IMG/VR virus record: IMGVR_UViG_3300046002_004029
Coordinates: 3,576 to 67,575 of that record
Reading direction: 5' to 3' (one strand)
DNA: 64,000 bases
Source: a virus
Below, one piece after another: positions 1 through 9,687 of this stretch. The position numbers and the translations under genes are program-made. How positions within the stretch are numbered: position 1 is the first letter of the stretch; every line of letters starts with the position of its first letter. The notes below the pieces were generated by a model, which saw nothing but the letters and a program-made list of their open reading frames with translations, was not told the origin of the DNA and did no database searches.

Positions 1-213
1 AACCTTGTTTGCAAAATCATCTGCTATTTTTTTGAACATATTGAAAGCATCAACCTCTGTTATAGGCTTATCCGCCATAGTTACCTTCTTGCCATCCAAA
101 TAGAACGTTGATCCATAACCTATAGTTGCAACTTTTGCCGAACACAAGTATGGTTTTGCTCTAAAACCTTCAAATCCAGTTATCAATTTATAACCTATAT
201 CATTTAACTTCAT
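1..213 (-). CDS. Endolysin, GH24 phage lysozyme (partial, runs off the window edge)
   Basis: Hand translation from the ATG at 213: MKLNDIGYKLITGFEGFRAKPYLCSAKVATIGYGSTFY. This has the FEG-x4-PY-x7-TIGYG GH24 signature. Not in the ORF track. Confidence 0.9.
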   Translation of the reverse strand, partial: MKLNDIGYKLITGFEGFRAKPYLCSAKVATIGYGSTFYLDGKKVTMADKPITEVDAFNMFKKIADDFANKV

Positions 214-214
214 A

Positions 215-388
215 TTATATCTCCACAGTGGGGCTTTTAAGTGCTTTAAACCAGTCGTATATTTTCATACACGTGTACACTATTGACACCAGTAGTAGTA
301 CTATTTTTAAAATATCTTCCAAATTTGTAAAACTTAATACCAATGTTAGGCTATTTAACAAATATAACTTTATTGAATCTTGATTCAT
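215..388 (-). CDS. Small membrane protein, putative holin
   Basis: MNQDSIKLYLL... is 57 aa with hydrophobic helices and lies directly upstream of the lysozyme. The start is taken as the internal ATG at 388. Confidence 0.55.
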   Translation of the reverse strand: MNQDSIKLYLLNSLTLVLSFTNLEDILKIVLLLVSIVYTCMKIYDWFKALKSPTVEI

Positions 389-570
389 TATCTTTTTAAT
401 TTTTCTACTGCAGTAATGAAAGTTTCTGCTCCAACATATGCAGTAGCTATTATAACCCAATCCGATGAGGTTAATGTTCCTACGAACAAACCTATGCAGG
501 CTACAATAAATACCATTAGTTTTCGACTTATCCATTTGCTTATTAATATATCTAATTGTTCTTTACTCAT
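388..570 (-). CDS. Two-TM membrane protein, putative holin
   Basis: SRKL followed by two hydrophobic segments, in the lysis cassette. Confidence 0.6.
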   Translation of the reverse strand: MSKEQLDILISKWISRKLMVFIVACIGLFVGTLTSSDWVIIATAYVGAETFITAVEKLKR

Positions 571-580
571 TATTCATATT

Positions 581-808
581 TTATTTATTTAAAATCGTTA
601 ATATTATTGGGGCTATAATTGTTGATAATAAATCTTTGTAGTCAAATCCTTTATAAACTATTTGGTCTCTAATTTCTTTACCTAATGCAAACACAATCAC
701 CACACATAGTGAGATTAAATTTGACATTATTAAAGAAGATAGGATAAATATAACAAATCCATATATAAAATGATTTGCTTTGTCGTGCGGTATTAATGGA
801 AGTCTCAT
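581..808 (-). CDS. Small multi-TM membrane protein (DK-x2-HF ... KE-x2-D type)
   Basis: Three hydrophobic segments with HDKANHF and GKEIRD motifs. Confidence 0.55.
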   Translation of the reverse strand: MRLPLIPHDKANHFIYGFVIFILSSLIMSNLISLCVVIVFALGKEIRDQIVYKGFDYKDLLSTIIAPIILTILNK

Positions 809-821
809 AATATTACTTGTA

Positions 822-3800
822 TTAAAAATCTGTTTCTATGTAAATCTTATTAATGCCTAACTGTACCGAGGTAACCGGTGTTAATGCTCCGTTACTTGCG
901 AGTACACCTGCGGTTAACATTGTTGTATTCGTTGGCAGGGTGAGTGTAGCGGTGCCACTAGCTTCTGTGCCTGCATTTAGATCCTCAATCTTCCAAGTAA
1001 TCTCGCTACTGGACGGAGCGCAATAAATATAAACATCGTATCCTCTACCAGTAGTAATCGTATATCCGGTACTGGCTTTTGTAGGGGCGGCGGTACCTCT
1101 TGTTAAAAAAGAAATTACTCCATTATCTCCTGAGTCTATACAAAATCCAACAGTATTATTTAAAGCACTTGGTTCCGCTGAAACAACCGCGGTCCCTGAA
1201 TGCATACCGGCAAATAATCTTGAACCATTAGTCCAAATATCCATACCAAATCTAGCATAAAAGAAGAAGCCCCCCTGTGGAGCAATAGGACCTCTAAAAA
1301 ACATCGCTTCCGTATTTCTTTGCCCCAATACCTGATTAGTTGTTGTTACTACATTAGCATACCTTGCACGTTTAATAGATGTGTATAATGATGTTGTGTT
1401 TGGTAGCGCTTGGGTAAAAGCTCCAGCTCCTGCGCCTACTGTTCCGCTCCATAATCCAGCTGTTGCATTGGTATTATTCCAAATTGTAACATTATTATCC
1501 CAAAAAGAGTTTTGTAATGAAAAGTCGACACCGTCTGAATCTTTTGTTTTTAAAACTGATTTACCGCCAATCTTTTTTGCATATAATTTTAGACTACCTA
1601 CAGATGGAGATGTTGGTTCGCTTGTTTGTATGGTATAGTTTGTAATAGTTGCAATACCACTACCAAAAGTAGCTATTGCCCAACTTTCTGTTGCTAAAGC
1701 ATTTAAAGCAGTAACACCGCCACCTGCTAAAAGTATATTAGCATCTGTATCGCCGGATCTTATAATATTATCAGCAACTAAGTCGCCACTTAATGTAAAA
1801 GTAGAACTCGTATCGTCTATTGTCATTGATGTTCCGCCTGCAATTAATGTAAGAATATCACTATTTGCTCCCAATGAATTGCTTGTAATTCCGTTTGAAA
1901 ACGTCTTAATGCCGGTAATAGTTTCATTTCCTGTTAAGTGTACCACCGATGCGTTATTAGCCGGGGTATATCCTAAAGTTGTGCCTATCGTTTTTGGCTT
2001 CCATAATAATGTAGCAGTATCATAAGTTAATACTTCGTTATTATTTGGAGCAATAGCCGATACGTTATGTAACTCTTCTAACTCATATCCATTATCTACT
2101 TTAACGAATATTGTTCCGTTAATGCCGTGAGCGTATATAACATAACCAACCGTGATAATATGAATTGGAGCAACGGGTTTGATGTTGGTAACTCTACCAG
2201 CAACTGTTCCGCTTAAGTATATTACGTCTCCATCTGCCCAAGTTTCTCCTTGTAAACTACCCGTTGTGTTTATCCCTCTTACTATACCGCTTGTGTTAAT
2301 AAATCCTTCTTGATTGTTCAAGATGGTCTCAGTGACCATACCTATGGTAGTACCGCTATTGACATCGTTATCCGCTAAAGCCAAATCAACTTTAGTCCTT
2401 TGTCCTTGCGCGCCTGTAATTCTTACCATTTGGTAATTTGATTCTAATAAAGTTATGTTTGTAGCTGTTTTATTAACTACTCTAATTACAGTTTCTTGTC
2501 CAATCTGCAATGTGACGTTTCCACCTTTTAGTCCTAAATCTAAAGTACCATCAGTATCGTTCCATTTTAATTTACCAACAGCGCTTGTCTGAGTATTTAT
2601 TGTGTTGAATTGAGTATAATCATTTGTCAAACCCCAAACCCCTAAGTTTACATTACCTGTAGCTCCAGTATAAGGAACAAATCCAGCAGTACTTGCATAT
2701 GTCGCGTCCGCGTATCCCTTGTCTATTAAAGTTCTCGCATCATAACTTGTTGACAAATCAGCTGCATATTTAACCGGAACAGTCGACTGTAATCTTGTTC
2801 TGCTAATTCTGAATATCCCTGACGTAATACCATCTCCTATTGAATTACCAATATTAAATGAGTGCTCTGCAACAGCGACTCCTGACACTTCATTACTTCC
2901 GGCCACGTAAGAGTTTCCAAAGTAATTTGTCGATGCATAACTAAATGGTTGAGTGATTTGTGGATTACCCAATGCAAAGTTAAATGAGGCTTGCAATCTA
3001 TTCATTGATAGATTCAATGCACTTAAATCTGAATATTGGTTTGCAACACCGTTGTAAATATGCAATGTACCGGCATCATTAAAATAAGACAATGCAGTAC
3101 CTGCGGCATTAAGAATTTGAAACTGTTTGGTTGTTTGTAATTTAACCTGTACGTTTCCAATATTATTATTCTGAATATCACTTCCAGTTAAAGTCCACTT
3201 ACTTCCTGAGACAGCTATTCCTGCATTCACAGCATCAACAGTAGGATATTTTACACCTGTTCCGTCAACCGTTAAACTATTCTGTTTATTAATAGTAGCT
3301 TCTTTTGTATCTACATATATCTTTTGAGGATAGTCTAGATCTGTGATGTTAGAGGAGAAGTCTTGGATACCCCTAAAACCTGTTGCAGATGGATTATTTG
3401 ATGAATATGTAAGAGCTTCATTGGTTATTACTACTTGACCAGTCCATCCTGTAGATTCATCATAAATTTCTATTTTTGGATTATCTTCATCAAAATAAAA
3501 GGCTCCTACACCATTTAGCCCATCTGTACTTTTAATTTTTACGTTTGAAAACAAAAATATATCCCCATTAACAGGATTACCTACTGTAGTACCTGTTAGA
3601 GGTATGTAGTTTGTTATAGGAGTTGGTATATCTGATGTTAATGCTATAGTCCCAGATGCATTTGGCAACTGATACGTGCTATTAGTATCTATATTATCAG
3701 CTTTAATAGTCGCCGTGTTCTCGTTTGCTGTCTTGCCCAGTTGAATAAACGGTAAATTATTTTCGTCGGTTGCTATTGTAACACTGCCGGTTTCGTCATC

Positions 3801-4397
3801 TAGACTATTTACAGCAAGGTAGGAACCAAGTAACTTTATATTATTAGTTGTGGTAGCTCCTATAGTAGTTACTTGTTGTAAATCCTGAGGACCACCACTT
3901 CCAGTACTTAAGGTAAAAGATGTCATATCGTAATACAAATCTTTCATCACATTTCCATTACCGCCAATAAATTCCAACGTTAATTTATAAAAGTTTACAT
4001 TACTAGTTACTACATAACTGACTATTCTGTAATGCCCAAAATTATTAGCCGTACTTTGCTGAGATAACAATATATTACTATTAATTAAATAGTCTAAAAA
4101 TATAGTAACATTTTGACCAGAGTTATCGGTTTTACCAACTATTAATTCTGTTATATTAGCAAATGGAGTATTGTCCCCACCAAGTAACGGTAAAGACATT
4201 GTTCCTTGAACTGGATTTATAACAACAAACTTCCATAACATTTGACCGCCAATAGAAACCTTACCATTTACGTTTAAGTAATTAGCAACAGTTTGCGCAG
4301 TAAAGTTTACAGTTTGCCTATTGATAATCTTAGTGCCAATAAACACATCGGAATCTTTTATATCCGTATCTCGCTGGTAAGAATTTATTATTGCCAT
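822..4397 (-). CDS. Tail fibre / receptor-binding protein
   Basis: 1191 aa, G/T/N-rich, with typical fibre linker modules (FVPYTGATGNVNLG, ELEELHNV, VVHLTGNETITGIKTFS). Confidence 0.8.
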   Translation of the reverse strand: MAIINSYQRDTDIKDSDVFIGTKIINRQTVNFTAQTVANYLNVNGKVSIGGQMLWKFVVINPVQGTMSLPLLGGDNTPFANITELIVGKTDNSGQNVTIFLDYLINSNILLSQQSTANNFGHYRIVSYVVTSNVNFYKLTLEFIGGNGNVMKDLYYDMTSFTLSTGSGGPQDLQQVTTIGATTTNNIKLLGSYLAVNSLDDETGSVTIATDENNLPFIQLGKTANENTATIKADNIDTNSTYQLPNASGTIALTSDIPTPITNYIPLTGTTVGNPVNGDIFLFSNVKIKSTDGLNGVGAFYFDEDNPKIEIYDESTGWTGQVVITNEALTYSSNNPSATGFRGIQDFSSNITDLDYPQKIYVDTKEATINKQNSLTVDGTGVKYPTVDAVNAGIAVSGSKWTLTGSDIQNNNIGNVQVKLQTTKQFQILNAAGTALSYFNDAGTLHIYNGVANQYSDLSALNLSMNRLQASFNFALGNPQITQPFSYASTNYFGNSYVAGSNEVSGVAVAEHSFNIGNSIGDGITSGIFRISRTRLQSTVPVKYAADLSTSYDARTLIDKGYADATYASTAGFVPYTGATGNVNLGVWGLTNDYTQFNTINTQTSAVGKLKWNDTDGTLDLGLKGGNVTLQIGQETVIRVVNKTATNITLLESNYQMVRITGAQGQRTKVDLALADNDVNSGTTIGMVTETILNNQEGFINTSGIVRGINTTGSLQGETWADGDVIYLSGTVAGRVTNIKPVAPIHIITVGYVIYAHGINGTIFVKVDNGYELEELHNVSAIAPNNNEVLTYDTATLLWKPKTIGTTLGYTPANNASVVHLTGNETITGIKTFSNGITSNSLGANSDILTLIAGGTSMTIDDTSSTFTLSGDLVADNIIRSGDTDANILLAGGGVTALNALATESWAIATFGSGIATITNYTIQTSEPTSPSVGSLKLYAKKIGGKSVLKTKDSDGVDFSLQNSFWDNNVTIWNNTNATAGLWSGTVGAGAGAFTQALPNTTSLYTSIKRARYANVVTTTNQVLGQRNTEAMFFRGPIAPQGGFFFYARFGMDIWTNGSRLFAGMHSGTAVVSAEPSALNNTVGFCIDSGDNGVISFLTRGTAAPTKASTGYTITTGRGYDVYIYCAPSSSEITWKIEDLNAGTEASGTATLTLPTNTTMLTAGVLASNGALTPVTSVQLGINKIYIETDF

Positions 4398-4398
4398 A

Positions 4399-4650
4399 TT
4401 AGCCTACTAATGTTACATTAGAAATTAATCCGTTAGCTACTACAATGCTGTATGTTCCAGGTACACTATTTACTTGTCCTAAAACAGATAGGGTACCGCT
4501 CCACCCATCCAAAGTGGCAGCCGCTAATTCTACTATGGATCCAATATTAAAAGATACTGTCTTTGGTTCCTTCGTTATATTATACGATGTCCCAATAACG
4601 GTGTCATCTATATTTGGTTGTGCAATTGGATATGTATTTAGTAGTGCCAT
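4399..4650 (-). CDS. Short virion protein sharing its N-terminal anchor with the tail fibre
   Basis: MALLNTYP...DTVIGT...KTVSF resembles the fibre N-terminus. The start is taken as the ATG at 4650. Confidence 0.55.
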   Translation of the reverse strand: MALLNTYPIAQPNIDDTVIGTSYNITKEPKTVSFNIGSIVELAAATLDGWSGTLSVLGQVNSVPGTYSIVVANGLISNVTLVG

Positions 4651-4651
4651 A

Positions 4652-4930
4652 TTATTTTTTTTTATTTTTATTTTTAACGCTAGTTCTATTCGTAGATTTG
4701 TCATAATTATAGTTACTCACTGGTTTTCCAGATTCTTTTGATGCTCTGTCCTTAGCTCGTTCCTCAGCCGTCATATTGTTCCGCTCTCTACCCTTAGCAG
4801 TTAATGTTTTACCATCTGCTTTAAGTTGCCCCCTTTTCTTTAATAAACCAATAGCCATTTCCCTACTACCAACTTGAGCAGTTAGTCTATCTATTAGTTG
4901 GCCTTTCCCCATACTTTTCTGTGTAGCCAT
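4652..4930 (-). CDS. Basic hypothetical protein
   Basis: K/R-rich 92-aa ORF in the late operon. Confidence 0.6.
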   Translation of the reverse strand: MATQKSMGKGQLIDRLTAQVGSREMAIGLLKKRGQLKADGKTLTAKGRERNNMTAEERAKDRASKESGKPVSNYNYDKSTNRTSVKNKNKKK

Positions 4931-4939
4931 ATTATATAT

Positions 4940-5212
4940 TTAACAGTTCCATTTATCAAGCGCTAACTTTTTTCTTGAAGGTTCACCGTTCGGTTTTGTC
5001 ATAGGTCCAGGCATACCAGACATTCTAGCGCAGAAAGATTTACGTCTATTTGCATCTTTGCTACCCGCTTTTAATTCAGATGGTTTTTTAGTTACAGCTG
5101 TTTGTAATTTACTACCAGGATGTTCAGCTCTATAACTAGCAACGCCTTTTGCGTTTAACCCACCTTTTGGGTCTTTGCCTTCTTTACGTGTCCATGCTGC
5201 TGTTTTTGCCAT
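4940..5212 (-). CDS. Conserved basic phage protein (RRKSFCARM family)
   Basis: Motifs GGLNAKG, RRKSFCARM and a C-terminal WNC, typical of a widespread phage family. Confidence 0.7.
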   Translation of the reverse strand: MAKTAAWTRKEGKDPKGGLNAKGVASYRAEHPGSKLQTAVTKKPSELKAGSKDANRRKSFCARMSGMPGPMTKPNGEPSRKKLALDKWNC

Positions 5213-5224
5213 TATAATTTCATA

Positions 5225-5719
5225 TTAATTATATACTCTTATTTTTCTATTTAAAGCAGACTCTCTCATTTTTGCTTTTCTTTCTTCACTATGAGGTTGT
5301 GTTTTTACCCCTTTTTTAGCTAAACTCATTTTATCTTTGGTCTCTTTGCTATGTCCTTTTCTTTTTACTCCTTTATTAGTTTTTGGAATTCCTTTAGAGG
5401 ATAAACTTCTTTTCATATTTGATTCAGGAGTCATTACTATATTTTTGTTCCCCTCTCCTCCATCAGTCATATTTACAAGAGTTCCTAACTTTAAATCTTT
5501 TCTCCCAAACCAACTTATTAAAAGTATTTCTAATTCTATAGCATCTTCCCAGGATAAATCATTTTTTAATATTTGAACCTCATACCCATATTTCTCAATA
5601 ATATTATGCCAGTATTTATTTCTATTTTGTTTACTGTTAGGCCTTTTGTCATTACCTATACCAATATAGAAAACTTCACCACAAGGTTTTAAATGATAAT
5701 ATATACAATTATTATTCAT
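5225..5719 (-). mobile_element. Free-standing GIY-YIG-like homing endonuclease with NUMOD3-type repeats
   Basis: N-terminal CIYYH...FYIGIG, LVNMTDGGEG, and C-terminal HSKETKDKMS and HSEERKAKM repeats. Confidence 0.8.
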
Positions 5720-6369
5720 TATGAATATACTCTTATTTCTATTGGGGTGTTATAAAGTAATTCATTATTAGTGCCACCAGCACCATCAACAATAGACGTA
5801 ATAAACTGATAAGTATTTGCATCATTAGCGTAATGGTCAGTTGATACAACAGGTATACCTATATTATTATCTAAAATACCCATAGAAAAAGTAGTTTTAT
5901 CTATTGTAAACAATGCACCAGAATTAATAGAATAAATTCCAAATCCATTATAAGTAAACCATATATTACCAATAGTGTTCTCTAGTACCGTTGCTACTGG
6001 AGCTCCTGTGTTGTATCCCAACATGCCTCCATCTCCCCAGCTATTAGGGGTTGTACCTGTAGCAACAAAATAAGTATCATTAATATTGTCTGGAGCACCC
6101 ACGTTTGTCCAATCCCCAAAAGGATCTCCAATATCAACAATTTTATAAGTTCTTCCAACAATAAGATCTCCGCTGTTTATTGTAGTAGGATCATCTCCAC
6201 CACCCTGTGTTAATAAAGCAGTATACACTTTATATGGTCTAATTGTATTGGATACGTCGTTCATTGTGTACCATTCACTTGCTGCTTTTAACGCTGCGCT
6301 ACCTGAATATCCTGTGTTAGCATTCTTACTAACCATAAATACTTTTTCTTCTCCTGGAATTATTGCCAT
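5719..6369 (-). CDS. Probable virion structural protein
   Basis: YKVYTALLTQ...VLENTIG...PIEIRVY motifs, G/T-rich, in the late operon. Confidence 0.6.
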   Translation of the reverse strand: MAIIPGEEKVFMVSKNANTGYSGSAALKAASEWYTMNDVSNTIRPYKVYTALLTQGGGDDPTTINSGDLIVGRTYKIVDIGDPFGDWTNVGAPDNINDTYFVATGTTPNSWGDGGMLGYNTGAPVATVLENTIGNIWFTYNGFGIYSINSGALFTIDKTTFSMGILDNNIGIPVVSTDHYANDANTYQFITSIVDGAGGTNNELLYNTPIEIRVYS

Positions 6370-6623
6370 TATTTTTTAGATTTAGTTATTTTATATTTTT
6401 TACCACTTTCGCTTTTGGTACCATTACCATCGTTGCCTCTGTTCTGCTTAGGGGATTCCCATCTACCATCTTCGTGGTCCCAATCCTTACCTTTACCTTT
6501 TGGATCAGCACGATGCCTTCTTTGGTCGTCTGCTTTCTTTGCTCTTCTATCCGGGGTTTTAGCATAAGCTAAATCTCTCGCTGCTTTATCCTTCGCTGCT
6601 TTAGGCGATAATTTCTGTGCCAT
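6369..6623 (-). CDS. Small HNH-like protein next to the putative terminus
   Basis: KDWDHEDG...NRG resembles a minimal HNH motif. It is the first gene of the leftward operon. Confidence 0.45.
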   Translation of the reverse strand: MAQKLSPKAAKDKAARDLAYAKTPDRRAKKADDQRRHRADPKGKGKDWDHEDGRWESPKQNRGNDGNGTKSESGKKYKITKSKK

Positions 6624-6650
6624 ACAATAAGTTTTAATATACTTAATATA

Positions 6651-6675
6651 CTTACGTGCAAAATAAACATCTTAC
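6651..6675 (-). promoter_or_regulatory. Putative late/middle promoter (class TAAR-N13-nnGTAAT)
   Basis: Minus strand GTAAG-N13-ACGTAAG, upstream of the leftward operon. Confidence 0.5.
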
Positions 6676-6678
6676 AAC

Positions 6679-6722
6679 GTGACGTTAGCCTACTATTTTT
6701 ATATATAACTACCTAATGTCAC
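6679..6722. repeat. GTGAC...GTCAC inverted element, copy 1 of 4
   Basis: GTGACGTTAGCCTACTA...CTAATGTCAC. Related copies at 8902, 9068 and 21676. Confidence 0.75.
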
Positions 6723-6795
6723 TCTTCTACCTTGTGTGTTTACTCTAATAAGATGTAAAAAAATACTGTAAAAATTTTTTTTGTAAAAAAAATAT

Positions 6796-6842
6796 TGTCA
6801 GATATATATATGTAATGTGTCAGATATATATATGTAATGTGT
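6796..6842 (+). repeat. 22-bp tandem direct repeat
   Basis: TGTCAGATATATATATGTAATG twice (6796-6817, 6818-6839) plus a partial copy. Confidence 0.9.
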
Positions 6843-6859
6843 TACACCCCTATTTCTAA

Positions 6860-7215
6860 GCTGCCAGCCCTAAAGGGAAACACGTTTCGTTGACCCCACG
6901 GGGGTTCCAAGTTCCAGTTTGTACCAAACGTTTCAGCTTTCGTGTCCCGAACCCTGGGATATTCCTGAGTTTCTGTCTGATGTTCTGTCTTCCCCATCCC
7001 CGCACTGGTCCTGCTCCGTGTCTGTATCCTGCTCTGGTCCTGTGCCCTGCTCTGTGCCCCGCCTGTGATTGGATCCAACGCGCGTGCCACGTCCGTGATT
7101 GTGTCCTTACGATGCGTACGATATGTTATATGATCCAGTGCATTACGATACGATACAGCTGGCATGTGAGCTGATCCTCGCGTTGTGCATGATATGATAC
7201 GTGAGCGTTAGCGAA
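6860..7215. other. GC-rich non-coding divergence region, putative genome terminus/pac or origin
   Basis: Much higher GC than the flanks, an A-poor + strand with repeated TCCTG/CTCTG/CTGTG, and located between the divergent operons. Confidence 0.5.
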
Positions 7216-7295
7216 CGCAATGTGTGTATAGCATTTCCCTACAGTCTAGATACGATAGGATATTGATAATATATATGAATCTAAATAATAACATC

Positions 7296-7535
7296 ATGAC
7301 AAGATTAAATGATCTGAATCCGCAGACAAGACTAGACCTAATTGAAGAATCAAGATGGCAGTTCGGACAAGAGCACGTTGCTGAATGTATTGCAGACAAC
7401 GCTGAGATAAACGGTATGTGCGACTGGAGTAAGACTAGGCAAGGAGCAGCTTACTGGGCATGGATAGACGCTGGTAGTCCAGATGATTCGATCATCCCTT
7501 TTAACAATCGAGTGTTCGATCCGCTAAGCAACTAA
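7296..7535 (+). CDS. Early hypothetical protein
   Basis: ATG downstream of the promoter at 7239. Contains a W-x4-G-x2-YW motif. Confidence 0.6.
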   Translation: MTRLNDLNPQTRLDLIEESRWQFGQEHVAECIADNAEINGMCDWSKTRQGAAYWAWIDAGSPDDSIIPFNNRVFDPLSN

Positions 7536-7546
7536 CATAAGGATAT

Positions 7547-7572
7547 AGGTCCCGGTAAACGGGATCTTTTAT
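7547..7572 (+). terminator. Intrinsic terminator
   Basis: AGGTCCCG-gtaaa-CGGGATCT followed by TTTATT. Confidence 0.7.
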
Positions 7573-7797
7573 TGCCCTCTCCCGGGTAATTGGCAGAGCG
7601 AAGCATGCGAGCTAGCGAGCATCGCTCGTGTATAGCACTTACAGTCTGAGTACGGAGAGTATTTGATAATATATATGAATCAAATAAGTAGTAACAATTT
7701 TAAATTAAAATAGAAGTTCTTACAATCTTAACACGAAGAGTATTTGATAATATAAATGTAAGTAAGTAACAAACAAATAACAATAAATAAACAAATT

Positions 7798-8169
7798 ATG
7801 AAAAATCAAGTAGAAATTGAAGTAGTAGAAGTAGAAGTAGTTTTAACTAATAAAGAATTGTTGGCTAATGCGATCGCGAAATTGAGTCCAGAGGACTTGG
7901 CATTGATCTATCCACCTATTGAAAGAGCGAACTTTGTAGTAAGAAAAAGTTGGTTTGGTAGAAATCAAATCATTAGTTTTGTTAACAACAAGAATCAAAG
8001 AGTTACCTATAATCACGATGAGGTACTTAAGATAATGTTACCTAAATTATCAATAATGCCTTGTTGGATTAAAAGAGAATATTGGTCTCAATCAACTGAC
8101 TTACCAAGTAATGTTAGAAATACTAGTGCAATCTTGAGTATTGAACTTCTAGAGCCTACTGAAAAGTAG
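7798..8169 (+). CDS. Early hypothetical protein
   Basis: 123-aa ORF behind the tandem promoters at 7639 and 7720, followed by a hairpin. Confidence 0.7.
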   Translation: MKNQVEIEVVEVEVVLTNKELLANAIAKLSPEDLALIYPPIERANFVVRKSWFGRNQIISFVNNKNQRVTYNHDEVLKIMLPKLSIMPCWIKREYWSQSTDLPSNVRNTSAILSIELLEPTEK

Positions 8170-8260
8170 GTTTTAGGTTTCCTAACGGAAAATGCTATAC
8201 ACTTTACAGTCTGGGTACGACCCAATAACGATAATAATAATGAATCTAAAAACAAACAAT

Positions 8261-8485
8261 ATGAGTCTAGTTAAAAACACTGCAACGAATGCGGCTGAAT
8301 TGTACAAATTACTATCCAAAGCGGATGCTATACAACATCCAAGCTTCTGGCCCAACCCAGGACTAAACAGAATGGATCTATTATTGAATCCTGCCGCAAC
8401 AGATGCGGTCGTATATGAACGCGATGGAAGCGATTACACGATCTCTATCAAGAGTATTACTAACATTGTAACATACGAGAACTAA
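8261..8485 (+). CDS. Early hypothetical protein
   Basis: ATG after the promoter at 8204. Confidence 0.55.
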   Translation: MSLVKNTATNAAELYKLLSKADAIQHPSFWPNPGLNRMDLLLNPAATDAVVYERDGSDYTISIKSITNIVTYEN

Positions 8486-8661
8486 TGAAAGAACTAATCA
8501 AATATGCAGCCCAGATGGCCTCAAAATATCCATCTAAATTGAATGAAATAAATGATCTGTTACAATTATGTAAGGATGAAATTGACCAAGGAGGATCTGA
8601 ATCCCACGAGATAGAATTATGTGCTGAAGATATTAAACAAACCTGTGAAGATGATGAATAA
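8485..8661 (+). CDS. Small acidic early protein
   Basis: Hand-translated 58-aa ORF (MKELIKYAAQ...CEDDE), translationally coupled through TAATG. Confidence 0.55.
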   Translation: MKELIKYAAQMASKYPSKLNEINDLLQLCKDEIDQGGSESHEIELCAEDIKQTCEDDE

Positions 8662-8896
8662 AGTAGCTTATTTTGCGAGCGGTATCATTATGGGTGCATT
8701 AATGATCGGTATTGGAACAAGTGTTAAACAACAACAACCAAAACCACATCCAAGACACGAGATTGTGTTCTTATGGAATGATGATGATGAATCCATACCT
8801 AAAGACGGGACCATGATTATGATCCAAGAGACTGTAGGAGATACAATCTGGATTGGTCCAAATGATGATGAGGAAACTTATGATTATACTAATTAA
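8651..8896 (+). CDS. Early membrane-anchored hypothetical protein
   Basis: N-terminal hydrophobic helix and an acidic C-terminus. Confidence 0.55.
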   Translation: MMNKVAYFASGIIMGALMIGIGTSVKQQQPKPHPRHEIVFLWNDDDESIPKDGTMIMIQETVGDTIWIGPNDDEETYDYTN

Positions 8897-8901
8897 AAAT
8901 A

Positions 8902-9112
8902 GTGACATTAGCCTGTTATTTGTAGTTTAATAGGCTTTTGTCACACTTTTAGCGAATAGCTTAAATGCTATACACCGGCCTGACTTTGTAATATAGTCGG
9001 AAGAGTAGACTCCGTCCAACTTTATATTTAAAGATGCTATACACCGCAGGTGATTAGATCAATTATAGTGACATTAGCCTACTACTTTATTACCTTAATA
9101 CCCTATTGTCAC
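8902..9112. repeat. Pair of GTGACATTAGCC...TGTCAC elements enclosing two TGCTATACAC sites
   Basis: Elements at 8902-8944 and 9068-9112, with 10-mers at 8966 and 9035 between them. The interval is non-coding. Confidence 0.75.
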
Positions 9113-9183
9113 ATTATTCACTTTTACAGTCTGAATACGGATCAATATTGATAATATATATGAATCTAAAAATAATAAAGAAT

Positions 9184-9459
9184 ATGGATACTATAATAGA
9201 AAGTAGAGAAATTATAAGATGCTCCGCAGATGACCGATATATATTGGTAGTCAAAGCACAAGGACTTATAATTGGATTAAATTTTATGCAAGGATGTGAA
9301 ATAGGAGAATTAGATTATTTTAGAAAAGAGTATGCAAGCATCGACTATGAATTAACTAATTTCTACAATGCTATACACCAGTCTTTAAGCGGATCTACGG
9401 AGATCGACCGTATTAATCAGGCAATGTGGGGATATGTTAACTTCTCTAATCCTTGTTAA
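9184..9459 (+). CDS. Early hypothetical protein
   Basis: ATG after the promoter at 9124. Confidence 0.6.
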   Translation: MDTIIESREIIRCSADDRYILVVKAQGLIIGLNFMQGCEIGELDYFRKEYASIDYELTNFYNAIHQSLSGSTEIDRINQAMWGYVNFSNPC

Positions 9460-9687
9460 TTCGTAAGGTACTGAGAGACACTACATTATACCTCTCTTAC
9501 TTTTAATACTAATAAACAGTTAATAACCCTTACAATCTGAATACGATAGCGAATTGATAATATATGTGTAACAAATTAAAACTAACATTATGAGTGAGAT
9601 TGAATTAATGGAATTGATTGCGGAAGAGACAGTTTATATACGTGAATGGCGTGATTCTCTTACTATTGAACAAATAAATAGTATATA

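Noticed and set aside
822-4397. Diversity-generating retroelement acting on the fibre genes
   Set aside because: No reverse transcriptase and no TR/VR repeat pair was seen in the window.
4398-4420. TTAGCCTACTAATGTTAC resembling the GTGAC element core
   Set aside because: It lacks the GTGAC arm and the spacing, and coincides with the last codons of a gene. Probably chance.
6842-7399. ORFs 6842-7165 (-), 6890-7174 (+) and 7208-7399 (-)
   Set aside because: They arise from low-complexity GC-rich DNA, have atypical composition and lack a convincing start context.
6679-9112. GTGAC...GTCAC elements as E. coli matS sites
   Set aside because: matS has a 3-nt centre whereas these have about 34 nt, and MatP is restricted to certain Gammaproteobacteria.
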